In this document: piece after piece, positions 8,807-17,231 of the stretch
How positions within the stretch are numbered: the stretch's first letter is position 1
How the letters are laid out: every line of letters begins with the position of its first letter
Origin: a virus
Lineage: Duplodnaviria; Caudoviricetes
Strand: one strand, 5' to 3'
Virus record (IMG/VR): IMGVR_UViG_3300011440_000025
Coordinates: 1 to 54,933 of that record
DNA length: 54,933 nt
Made by a program: the position numbers and the translations under genes
The notes under the pieces: generated by a model
The model's database searches: none
What the model was told of the DNA's origin: nothing
Seen by the model: only the letters and a program-made list of their open reading frames with translations

Positions 8807-10383
8807 AGCTACTTAAGAAAGAATTATTCAAAAAACATAGTAAACACCACCCTGACCTAAAACTTATTACGGTTAGGTGTATACAAGAATACGATGATGA
8901 CACACCACAGGCCGTGGTCGATAGGATAATAAAAGAAGAGTGGATGCACCCCGACTCTGGGGACAATGACCGCAAGAAATTAGTGACGGATATTAAGGCA
9001 CTGTGGTCCAAGGCCGCACTAGAAATAGGAGAGCAGGGTACAGCATACTCGAAACAGCGTAGGCTGAGTGGTCCGGAACAAATGGAACAGGCGCTTGCCT
9101 ATCTTAAGGAGCACGTTGTATACGACGTGTTCAAGAAAGCACACATTGATTTATCCACGAATAAGGAGACAAGCGCTATAGACCTATGTTATAAGTATAA
9201 TAAGCTTGGAGACAATAACTCCTATATTCCGGTGTCGATGTTTGATCGTTTTCTAGAGAGCGTTGAGATACCCAGAATTAATCCAGTTAAGATATGGGCA
9301 GAAGCCTTACCTAAGTGGGATAAGAAAGATCATATCAAAACACTTTGCTCATACGTTCCCGCAGAGGACCCAGAGTTGCTTGAACTATTTCTTAAAGCTT
9401 GGCTCATACGAGCATATGTACAGGCGGTAAATCCAGAAGATAAACCAGCCGTATCCGTTGTGAATCGTTTCTTCTTAATGTTATATGGTACCCAAGAAGG
9501 TAGTGGTAAAACTGGTTTCCTTGAATGGCTTTCTCCAAAACCAGAATGGGTAAGTATATCGGGCGTGGATCTGAATTCAAAGGATAGTAAGTCAGACATG
9601 GGCCAGTATATGATTATAGTCGATGATGAGATGAGAGGGCTACAGCATAAGGAGCTGGAACACTATAAGTCCTTGATTAGCATACCTAAAATCGACATAA
9701 GATTACCGTATGCAAGACGTCCCGTTACTATAGATAGAACAGCTAGCTTATGTGGTAGTACTAATAGACAGGACCTATTCTCTGTAGGGGAGCAGAATAC
9801 TCGTTTCCTTTGTGTAACACTTAAGCCAGGAATGTTCGATTGGAAAGTGTATATTAAAAAGATAGACAAAGAAATGCTCTGGTCACAAGTTAAATATCTA
9901 TGTACTACTAATTGGCTTGAAGATAACGATACTAATATACGAGAGGCACGAAACGAAATAAATGTTAGCTTTGAAAAGGAATCCATGGAGCATCATGCAG
10001 TCCGGTCTCATTTTAAAACGTCTAAAGAGGAAGGTGGTAAACAAGCTGTACTTACGTCAAGCGATGCTATAATTCTATTACGATCTTTAGAACAGTATAG
10101 AACTATTAAACTATATGACGTAGGTATAGGAGTTGCCCTTAAAAAGGTATTTGGAGAAAAAGTAAATGGGTACAAAGTAAGGGAGATTGTATACTCAAAC
10201 TCAGATGGAAAACTAACTGCCAGCCCACCCCCATACGATACTACAAAGCATAGAACAAAGGGGTATAAAGTAGTTTTCGATCCACTCGGAGTAAGTGAAA
10301 ACGCTGAGACTGGGACAGTAGAAAGTACCAGTTTAGTCCTAAAAGTTACTAAGGTCAAAAAAGCTAAAAAACGAAAATCATGA
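8803..10383 (+). CDS. VapE/virulence-associated-E-like P-loop ATPase (primase-associated helicase)
   Basis: NPVK, GTQEGSGKT Walker A, IVDDE Walker B, RLPYAR, RTASLCGSTN, NTRF. Confidence 0.85.
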   Translation: MKLLKKELFKKHSKHHPDLKLITVRCIQEYDDDTPQAVVDRIIKEEWMHPDSGDNDRKKLVTDIKALWSKAALEIGEQGTAYSKQRRLSGPEQMEQALAYLKEHVVYDVFKKAHIDLSTNKETSAIDLCYKYNKLGDNNSYIPVSMFDRFLESVEIPRINPVKIWAEALPKWDKKDHIKTLCSYVPAEDPELLELFLKAWLIRAYVQAVNPEDKPAVSVVNRFFLMLYGTQEGSGKTGFLEWLSPKPEWVSISGVDLNSKDSKSDMGQYMIIVDDEMRGLQHKELEHYKSLISIPKIDIRLPYARRPVTIDRTASLCGSTNRQDLFSVGEQNTRFLCVTLKPGMFDWKVYIKKIDKEMLWSQVKYLCTTNWLEDNDTNIREARNEINVSFEKESMEHHAVRSHFKTSKEEGGKQAVLTSSDAIILLRSLEQYRTIKLYDVGIGVALKKVFGEKVNGYKVREIVYSNSDGKLTASPPPYDTTKHRTKGYKVVFDPLGVSENAETGTVESTSLVLKVTKVKKAKKRKS

Positions 10384-10553
10384 AAAATATAGCTTTTGCC
10401 GTCTCAAACGTCTCACAGAAACTTCGTTTCCAGCCTGTTTTATTCGCAGATATACCTGAGACACTGAGACACTATATATATATAATACTAATACTAGGTA
10501 ATACTATAAGTGGTGTATATAAGTGTTTGACTTTTTACCTCTTTACTGTCTCA
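10305..10553. repeat. Cluster of TGAGAC/GTCTCA hexamers around an AT-rich tract (origin-like)
   Basis: TGAGAC at 10305, 10457, 10465; GTCTCA at 10401, 10410, 10548; (TA)n tract from about 10473. Confidence 0.65.
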
Positions 10554-10667
10554 CCCCGATTTTCGACGTTGCGACGACATCGGCGCTGGTGGGGTTTGGG
10601 GAGGGGAAAGCAAAAAAGATACAAAAAAATGCAGGTAGGAAATGATTAAATAAAATTTTAACTTTAC

Positions 10668-10955
10668 ATGAAGAAACAAGAGGTCAGAGGTGAACCTCTT
10701 CCATATAGGAAGATACACCGTCAACGCAAAAAGATTACAGAGATACGTGGAATCTACAAAGTATGGTTACGAGCAAAGAGATACATATTGCGTTTGGAAG
10801 CATCTAACCAGATACGTATGTATGTAACAAGTGATGGCTTACTTGGAGCAAAGGTTGAAGCAAAGGAATTTAGAGAGGGCTTTGACGATCATGAGTTGAA
10901 GCGGAAGTATTGGCAAAATAAGTTAGGGGTAAAATTAATTGTAGAACGCGTATGA
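10668..10955 (+). CDS. Hypothetical basic protein
   Basis: 95 aa; ATGA overlap with the next gene. Confidence 0.65.
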   Translation: MKKQEVRGEPLPYRKIHRQRKKITEIRGIYKVWLRAKRYILRLEASNQIRMYVTSDGLLGAKVEAKEFREGFDDHELKRKYWQNKLGVKLIVERV

Positions 10956-11371
10956 AATGTTCTACTAAGAATTGTAAGAACCCCAGTAAGGGTAGAAAGT
11001 TATGCGCATCATGTAGGTCAAGGAAAGCAAGAAAAAAGAATCCCATAAGGTATGCCTATAATTGTCTTAAGAGTAATGCTAAACGGAGAGGCAGAATATT
11101 TGAGCTTACTTTCAAATTCTTTAAAGAGTTCTGTAAGAAAACTAATTATATTAAGCTAAAGGGAATGGGACCGGATGATATGACTATAGATAGGAAGGTC
11201 AGTCCATTAGGATATATAGATGGTAATATAAGAATGATTTCAAGGAGTGCTAACGCTATGAAGGATAGTCAAATTAGAGATACGTTCTGGGAAGACTATT
11301 ATGCGGAGGTGGGATTTACATATGTACCAGAACCTGAGGAGATTATTGATCCAAATAAAGTACCATTCTAA
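10952..11371 (+). CDS. Zn-finger plus HNH-like endonuclease
   Basis: N-terminal CxxxxC...CxxC; TIDR...GYIDGNIRMI...AN.MK. Confidence 0.7.
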   Translation: MKCSTKNCKNPSKGRKLCASCRSRKARKKNPIRYAYNCLKSNAKRRGRIFELTFKFFKEFCKKTNYIKLKGMGPDDMTIDRKVSPLGYIDGNIRMISRSANAMKDSQIRDTFWEDYYAEVGFTYVPEPEEIIDPNKVPF

Positions 11372-12048
11372 TGGCTGTAAAAGTTAAGAGGAAGAAACGT
11401 AAGTTCAAAGGCAAGAGACCACCCAAGGCAACAGATGGTATAGGAGTTAACTATGGTAAGTTTACTATCAAGGGAGATGATAGGAAGTATTTGGCTAATA
11501 TGCATATGGGACCTGGTAAGCCTAAAGCGTTTGAAACTCCAGAGGCTATGGCTCATGCAGCTGAGGATTATTTTAAGTGGTGTAATGATAATCCATGGAT
11601 ACAGAGAGAATGGAAGAATCGTGGAAAGGGTTATGGACTTGTTGAAGTGCCTTTAGGTAGGCCATTCACATGGTCAGGCCTGTGTTCACATGTTGGTGTT
11701 AGTTCAAGGTACTTTGCATCCTTCAGATCTCAGTTCAAGGCTGGACGTCATGAGGATGAAGAATTTGTAACGGTCATTGACAATATTGACGAGATTATCA
11801 AAACACAAAAATTCGAAGGTGCGAGTATTGGAACGTTTAACAGTAACTTAATTGCATACGACCTTGGTTTGAAGAAAGACGTACCTGCTATGTATGGTAA
11901 TTCGGTATCGCTCACAATAAATGTAATAGAGACAGAACATAAAAATTTAGTAGAACAGGTCAAGGCTGAGCTTGAAGCTATAGACGTAGAACATGAAGTA
12001 TTAACAACTAAACAACTTAGTAACGGTAAGGCTAACGGTAAACATTAG
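11371..12048 (+). CDS. terS: Terminase small subunit (P22 gp3-like)
   Basis: GKPKAFETPE...YFKWC..NP, RPFTWSGLC, TQKFEGA..G.FNSNLIA.DLGL. Confidence 0.85.
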   Translation: MAVKVKRKKRKFKGKRPPKATDGIGVNYGKFTIKGDDRKYLANMHMGPGKPKAFETPEAMAHAAEDYFKWCNDNPWIQREWKNRGKGYGLVEVPLGRPFTWSGLCSHVGVSSRYFASFRSQFKAGRHEDEEFVTVIDNIDEIIKTQKFEGASIGTFNSNLIAYDLGLKKDVPAMYGNSVSLTINVIETEHKNLVEQVKAELEAIDVEHEVLTTKQLSNGKANGKH

Positions 12049-12052
12049 TAAT

Positions 12053-12129
12053 GGTCTATGGGGATGCAGGGTGTGTCCGTCTGCCTGTCACGCAGAAGAT
12101 TCAGATGGGTTCGATTCCCATATAGACCG
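12053..12129 (+). tRNA. tRNA-Asp (GTC)
   Basis: Acceptor GGTCTAT/ATAGACC, D stem GGAT/GTCC, anticodon arm TCTGC-CTGTCAC-GCAGA, T arm ATGGG-TTCGATT-CCCAT, discriminator G; no encoded CCA. Confidence 0.88.
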
Positions 12130-12153
12130 CGAAACATTTTAAACAACTATCCA

Positions 12154-12279
12154 ATGGCAAATCAAACAACGGAAAACATTAAGTACACGAAGGTAGTGTG
12201 CAAGAATGAGCTTACGAGACAGGGCAAGAAAATGATGTACCAAGAAAAAATTAAACGTAACACCAATGGCAAAGGATGA
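12154..12279 (+). CDS. Short hypothetical protein
   Basis: ATG downstream of the tRNA with an A-rich leader. Confidence 0.4.
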   Translation: MANQTTENIKYTKVVCKNELTRQGKKMMYQEKIKRNTNGKG

Positions 12280-12532
12280 ATGGTTCTTTATGGAATTTGA
12301 TCCTACCGTTGATATTGTTGACGGTGGTACACGATCTGGCAAGACAGAAAATATGCGTAAGTCAGTTGAAAAGATGAGAGCACAAAGAGAGCAAAGGCTG
12401 GATGATAACATAACTGATTACTATAAGGTACTTGCGATCAAGATGGCACAGAATAAAAGTGATGCACGTATTGTACATAAGTTAACCGAATGGTGGGCTC
12501 ATAGGGATCCAACAAACATTATATCTATATGA
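12266..12532 (+). CDS. Hypothetical protein with a terminase-like Walker A segment
   Basis: IVDGGTRSGKT within an 88 aa ORF. Confidence 0.6.
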   Translation: MAKDEWFFMEFDPTVDIVDGGTRSGKTENMRKSVEKMRAQREQRLDDNITDYYKVLAIKMAQNKSDARIVHKLTEWWAHRDPTNIISI

Positions 12533-12912
12533 AAAACAATGGACCATATCAACCATCTATAGTTATGAATAGTACAGATGATGAACTCGCTGCGCTCAAG
12601 GCAGAGAACGAGCGACTGAAGAAATTCATTAAGGATAATAATGTAACGCTTAAGATTACTGATGGATTAGTAGAAGAGAATGAACAACTTCAACTTGAGA
12701 ATGAGCGACTGAAGGAACTGTATACAACATACGTTCTTCAATGTGAAAAACTAGCGGCCGACAAAGCGGAACTACTTCAACTATTGAGAGATAAACCAAG
12801 GAAACCAATTACGCCACACTTATCTCCTAACGAAAATCCAGATTACTATTTGGATATAGAAAGATGGGAGCAAGAAAAGAATTCACTTCTCTCCAAACAC
12901 GAAACAAAATGA
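12529..12912 (+). CDS. Coiled-coil hypothetical protein
   Basis: ENERLK repeated; heptad pattern. Confidence 0.7.
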   Translation: MKNNGPYQPSIVMNSTDDELAALKAENERLKKFIKDNNVTLKITDGLVEENEQLQLENERLKELYTTYVLQCEKLAADKAELLQLLRDKPRKPITPHLSPNENPDYYLDIERWEQEKNSLLSKHETK

Positions 12913-13094
12913 AAACTATTATTGTATTACTGGCTCTTATCTTTATGTCATGTAGTGGTCTATCATGGCAAACAACAAGCAATGGTTATACGTATTTCAA
13001 TAATCGTGTTAGTGGATGTGAAGCGCCATACCCTAAGACGCCGATGAAGAAAACAAATTATAATACACAAGCATATTATTGGCAAAGGAGGTAA
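12909..13094 (+). CDS. Small putative lipoprotein
   Basis: MKTIIVLLALIFMSC lipobox-like signal; ATGA overlap. Confidence 0.6.
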   Translation: MKTIIVLLALIFMSCSGLSWQTTSNGYTYFNNRVSGCEAPYPKTPMKKTNYNTQAYYWQRR

Positions 13095-13096
13095 TT

Positions 13097-13339
13097 ATGG
13101 TAAATGTTTTTTGTTCCGATACAACGTCTACTCCATATTGGAGATTAAGTGATACAACAGCAGGATCAAGTTGGTATTATAATAATGGTAGCTATGGAAC
13201 ATTGCCTATACCACGACAAAAAAAGAATCCATTTCTATTACGTCCTATAGTAGCGTTGCGTTTATTTTTTAATGATAGACCAAAGCAAAAGATAGAATCA
13301 TTTAAGCGAACATCACAATTAACAATTAGTAGAGTATAA
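13097..13339 (+). CDS. Hypothetical protein
   Basis: ATG 2 nt after the upstream stop. Confidence 0.5.
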   Translation: MVNVFCSDTTSTPYWRLSDTTAGSSWYYNNGSYGTLPIPRQKKNPFLLRPIVALRLFFNDRPKQKIESFKRTSQLTISRV

Positions 13340-13342
13340 ACT

Positions 13343-13552
13343 ATGAAAAAGATAATATTAGTATATGAGTATTTTGATTGGGCGGATAATGGTGGAGGCG
13401 TTCATTATGAAGAGTTTAAGACAGAAGCTGAGTTAGATAAACGTGTAGAAGAAATTTATAAACTGGACAAACACGAATTGATAGCGTGTGGTATATTAGA
13501 TGTGTTTACTTATAAGGTAATTGAAAGGGTAACTAAAATAGAACGGGAATGA
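13343..13552 (+). CDS. Hypothetical protein
   Basis: 69 aa; tight packing. Confidence 0.65.
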   Translation: MKKIILVYEYFDWADNGGGVHYEEFKTEAELDKRVEEIYKLDKHELIACGILDVFTYKVIERVTKIERE

Positions 13553-13878
13553 ATCGTAAACAATTTTTACGCAAGGCAGCAGTGTCTATAGCAGCCGTCG
13601 CACTCGCACCTGTTATAGTAGATGAATTAATGTATAGCCCAACAGTTGGGCATGCTTATAAGTTCAATACATTCTATAAATTAACTAAAGAAGCAATGGA
13701 AGATATAGATGATATGGCAATTATTATGCGAGACTTTATGGACGAGCATTTGTTAAGAGCAGCAAAGCAGAACATAAAATTAATGGAGAAGGATGTTAAG
13801 ATACATATAGGAACAAGCGATGATGATTTTGCAGAAAATTTATTAACAATGGTATTTGAATCAAAAATTAATTTATAA
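13549..13878 (+). CDS. Miniature HK97 capsid-like protein with a Tat-like N-terminus
   Basis: MNRKQFLR plus hydrophobic helix; two segments align by eye with the MCP P-domain segments. Confidence 0.6.
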   Translation: MNRKQFLRKAAVSIAAVALAPVIVDELMYSPTVGHAYKFNTFYKLTKEAMEDIDDMAIIMRDFMDEHLLRAAKQNIKLMEKDVKIHIGTSDDDFAENLLTMVFESKINL

Positions 13879-13881
13879 ACT

Positions 13882-14595
13882 ATGAAACAGCTTAAACTAA
13901 TTTTAATTTTATCCCTATTCACAATGTCGACGTATGCGCAAGTTGGGTATAAGATTGGAGAGGTAACACGATGGTGGACGCCTAAACATATTCAAGTAAC
14001 GGATGGGCTAACGGTCAAATATAAATTATATAATGGATATGATACAGCGTATCGTTATAACATTGGACCGGACCCGGATACATTTGATGTGGTAGTTACA
14101 TTTAAGAAACGATTACCACCAGCACCCAAGCCTGATTTAGTTTCTGTAATGGATGATTATACTATAGTACCGAACCAAACTTACTTGCCTGCTACTAGGT
14201 TAAGTGATAACGTTTATAGTTCAACAGCGTGGGCGCATATGAAAGGACAAACATGGAATGCAAATCATTATGCAAATACCGTATCTTTTGTAGAGGGCAT
14301 ACAGGTAGGAGCATACGTTGAATTAACTTGCGTTTGTTATAAGGTAGAATGGTGGGGTGAGCGTAGAAATAATCATGGTATAGTTTCTATTACAACGGAT
14401 GGTGGAGCAATAGCAAACGTTGATACATACGGACCCAATACAGATAATCCTTCAACATTATTTTGGACAAGTGCAGCTGCACCAGTTAATGGTACGCATA
14501 AATTTCGGGTAACGTATACGGGCACAAAAAATCCTGCGTCTACTTCATTTAGTATTGTGCATGATAAATGGGTTATCTATACTAAGCAGCCATGA
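13882..14595 (+). CDS. Secreted protein with a carbohydrate-binding-like beta-sandwich
   Basis: Signal peptide ending TYA|Q; C-terminal domain similar to the N-terminal domain of 36812-38905. Confidence 0.7.
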   Translation: MKQLKLILILSLFTMSTYAQVGYKIGEVTRWWTPKHIQVTDGLTVKYKLYNGYDTAYRYNIGPDPDTFDVVVTFKKRLPPAPKPDLVSVMDDYTIVPNQTYLPATRLSDNVYSSTAWAHMKGQTWNANHYANTVSFVEGIQVGAYVELTCVCYKVEWWGERRNNHGIVSITTDGGAIANVDTYGPNTDNPSTLFWTSAAAPVNGTHKFRVTYTGTKNPASTSFSIVHDKWVIYTKQP

Positions 14596-14801
14596 GTGAA
14601 ATTAAAAAACACGGATACGATAAGGCTTGCTATAAAGAAATTCACGGATCGAGAATTTACTTATACAAAGGACGTGATCTAATTCATGGTAGGGGATGGT
14701 TCTGCCATTTGTACACAGATTACACAAAGCCATTGTTTGGATTTGGTAAGAATAAATTTGAAGCATTTAGAAATGTTTTTAAGGAGGGTATTGGAAACTA
14801 A
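14592..14801 (+). CDS. Hypothetical protein
   Basis: ATGA overlap; 69 aa. Confidence 0.6.
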   Translation: MSEIKKHGYDKACYKEIHGSRIYLYKGRDLIHGRGWFCHLYTDYTKPLFGFGKNKFEAFRNVFKEGIGN

Positions 14802-14807
14802 GCAACA

Positions 14808-15122
14808 ATGATGGAGTGGAAGAAGGAGAATGGAGCACCGGCATGGAATACGTGGCCAACAGCAACTAACTATGAAGGATGGAAACTAAGGAAGTTACAT
14901 ATGCTGGAGCACAACATTTATATTGTAATAAAATTTAAACGGCGTGAACGTTGGCTAATGTTAAGAGCAGAACTTGGACAAGAATATTTAGAACGTATTA
15001 AACAAATAAACTATGAAGCAACTACTAATTATTATGGGGATGGTTTTATCAATGGCAGCGCATGCACAAACGTCATACGTACCACCAGCGGAAACGGATA
15101 CACCAAAGAAACCGCAGTATAA
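14808..15122 (+). CDS. Hypothetical protein (3' end overlaps the next gene)
   Basis: Fills the gap but overlaps 15013 by 110 nt. Confidence 0.45.
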   Translation: MMEWKKENGAPAWNTWPTATNYEGWKLRKLHMLEHNIYIVIKFKRRERWLMLRAELGQEYLERIKQINYEATTNYYGDGFINGSACTNVIRTTSGNGYTKETAV

Positions 15123-15321
15123 AAAAGTTGTGACCATCGACCTAGCGGAAGTACAAGTATTATTAAATGCATTGCAACGATGGAAAGAATTGGATGTGTA
15201 TGACCCAAGGAAGTCAGATGCTGATAAGGTTATTACTATAAAGGAGCTGGATACTTTTAGTAAGCAGTTGATGGAGAAAATAAAAATAGACAGTGTACTT
15301 GTTACTCCCAAGAAACCATGA
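15013..15321 (+). CDS. Small secreted protein
   Basis: Signal peptide MKQLLIIMGMVLSMAAHA|Q. Confidence 0.7.
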   Translation: MKQLLIIMGMVLSMAAHAQTSYVPPAETDTPKKPQYKKVVTIDLAEVQVLLNALQRWKELDVYDPRKSDADKVITIKELDTFSKQLMEKIKIDSVLVTPKKP

Positions 15322-15374
15322 GATACACATTCAGTATTATATTATTTGTAATGCTTATCTTATTACTAATGTTT

Positions 15375-15405
15375 GGTTGCTCCTAACAAGGGGCAGCCTT
15401 TTTTT
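15375..15405 (+). terminator. Intrinsic terminator
   Basis: ggttgctcct-aaca-aggggcagcc stem followed by T7. Confidence 0.7.
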
Positions 15406-15411
15406 ATGCCT

Positions 15412-15591
15412 ATGAAAATAACTACCGATACAAAAGAAGTTATATGCGGGTCGTGTATATTCTTTAAACAATACGGATCAATGTGGACATGCTCTAATGA
15501 GGAGAGAATGAAAATATATGGACGTGAGTGGTGGCCAAGAGAAACGAATTGTAAATATTATAGATTAAATATTAAAACTTTAAACAATTAA
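15412..15591 (+). CDS. Small Cys-rich protein
   Basis: CGSC...C...C pattern; start reassigned to ATG. Confidence 0.55.
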   Translation: MKITTDTKEVICGSCIFFKQYGSMWTCSNEERMKIYGREWWPRETNCKYYRLNIKTLNN

Positions 15592-15595
15592 AATT

Positions 15596-15775
15596 ATGTC
15601 ATTACTAATGGTAATTATTATTGTTGCAGTAGTCATTGCATTACTGTATGCGTTCAATAGATTTGTTAATATACCCGGTAAATTAATTATTATCTATGTA
15701 GTAGTTTTTATTTTATGTATATGGTTGCTTGATGTAGCTGGTGTTATTGATTACTTAAGAAGAATTATTTTGTGA
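15596..15775 (+). CDS. Small two-TM membrane protein (not in the ORF track)
   Basis: MSLLMVIIIVAVVIALLYAFNRFVNIPGKLIIIYVVVFILCIWLLDVAG...; GTGA overlap with the terL start. Confidence 0.7.
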   Translation: MSLLMVIIIVAVVIALLYAFNRFVNIPGKLIIIYVVVFILCIWLLDVAGVIDYLRRIIL

Positions 15776-17034
15776 AGCCAACGAAAGTATTCTATGAATT
15801 GTTGAGGGCAGTCAAGGACAGGGTTCCTCTAATAGGCTTTAAGGGTAGTGCCCGTTCTGGTAAGACAGTTGGTATTGTTATGGGTAATGACTTCATAGGT
15901 AATTTCTCCTCGAAGCATAAGAAGATTAGTGTAGTATCGCAATCCTTTCCTCACTTAAGAGATGGTTTTAAATATGAGTATTCGCAGTTCCAAGCACGAG
16001 AGCAAATCCACCGAGAGCATAACAAGAGCGAGCACGAGTTCATAGTAGGCAAGTCTGTAATCAACTACTTCTCATTAGATAAAGATGGAGCCAAGGCAAT
16101 AGGACCTGGACGTGATATACTATATCTTAATGAACCAAATAGAGGAATAACATTTGAAGCGTACAATGATTTAAAAATTCGTACCAAGGATTTGGTTATT
16201 ATGGATTGGAATCCTAGTGGAGAATGGTGGGCAGACGAGCAAAAAATATTCGAAGAACCAGGTGCAAGGATTATACATAGTAAGTGGTATGAGGATAACA
16301 TAGAAAATATAAGTAAGGCGCAGTATAATTATTTTATGCGCGCCAAGAAGTTATCCAAGACGGTGCCTTGGTGGAAGTATTGGTGGGATGTTTATGGAGA
16401 AGGAATAGACGGTGTTCCTGTAGATGAAAGGATCATGCCGTTTTTGTTTCGGGCAAGTAAGGTACCAGACGATGCTATAGAAATTCCCAGCGCTCTAGAC
16501 TTTGGATGGAACCCGTCACCAACTGCCTTCCTTAGAATGTGGATTAAACAAACAGGTGGACTACAAGACGAACTTTATGTGCAGGAAATTGTATACGATA
16601 CTAAGCTAAACATAAATGCTATAGGTGGAAATAATTTAACAGACGTACTGGACCGTAAAGGAATAAATAAAAAACATTTAATTATTGCCGAGTCAGCTGA
16701 TCAGCGTGCTGTTAGAGATTTAAGAATAGCAGGCTATAATATTGTTCGTGTTGATAAGACAGCGGTACAAGTTAGTATAAGACACTTCCATGACTATAAG
16801 ATATTTATTGTTGATGGAGTAAGTGATTCTAGGAATAAGGATAACACATATAAAGAGTTTAATAATTACAGGTATAAGAAAAACAAGAAAGGAGTTATAT
16901 TAGACATACCGGATGAAGGACAGGCAGACCATAGTATTGACGCATGTCGTTATGTACTATTATCCAAAGGCAAGCGGTGGGTACTAAGTAAATCAAAACA
17001 GATACAAGCACTTGAAACTATAACTGCACTATGA
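15772..17034 (+). CDS. terL: Terminase large subunit (PBSX-like)
   Basis: GSARSGKT Walker A, ILYLNE Walker B, DWNPS, nuclease LDFGW and DHSIDACRY. Confidence 0.92.
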   Translation: MKPTKVFYELLRAVKDRVPLIGFKGSARSGKTVGIVMGNDFIGNFSSKHKKISVVSQSFPHLRDGFKYEYSQFQAREQIHREHNKSEHEFIVGKSVINYFSLDKDGAKAIGPGRDILYLNEPNRGITFEAYNDLKIRTKDLVIMDWNPSGEWWADEQKIFEEPGARIIHSKWYEDNIENISKAQYNYFMRAKKLSKTVPWWKYWWDVYGEGIDGVPVDERIMPFLFRASKVPDDAIEIPSALDFGWNPSPTAFLRMWIKQTGGLQDELYVQEIVYDTKLNINAIGGNNLTDVLDRKGINKKHLIIAESADQRAVRDLRIAGYNIVRVDKTAVQVSIRHFHDYKIFIVDGVSDSRNKDNTYKEFNNYRYKKNKKGVILDIPDEGQADHSIDACRYVLLSKGKRWVLSKSKQIQALETITAL

Positions 17035-17231
17035 CAACAACAAAATATGTAATAAGAGAAATTGATAATGGTTATTATACGGAAACAAGTGACGGATTAA
17101 TTAGAACTATTGGAGGCAGGCATGCTCGACATGCGATTCATTATGATTCTTTTGCTGAAGCAAACGCAGTACTTAGAAGTCTTCAAATTGGTGGAACGTT
17201 TGTTATTGAACAAATAACTATAATAGAATGA
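17031..17231 (+). CDS. Hypothetical protein
   Basis: ATGA overlaps on both sides. Confidence 0.65.
   Translation: MTTTKYVIREIDNGYYTETSDGLIRTIGGRHARHAIHYDSFAEANAVLRSLQIGGTFVIEQITIIE

Noticed and set aside
10380-10649. 89 aa ORF after the VapE gene
   Set aside because: Runs through iteron-like repeats, a TA tract and G-runs with unnatural composition; more likely non-coding
12058-12153. N-terminal part of ORF 12058-12279
   Set aside because: Overlaps the tRNA-Asp cloverleaf
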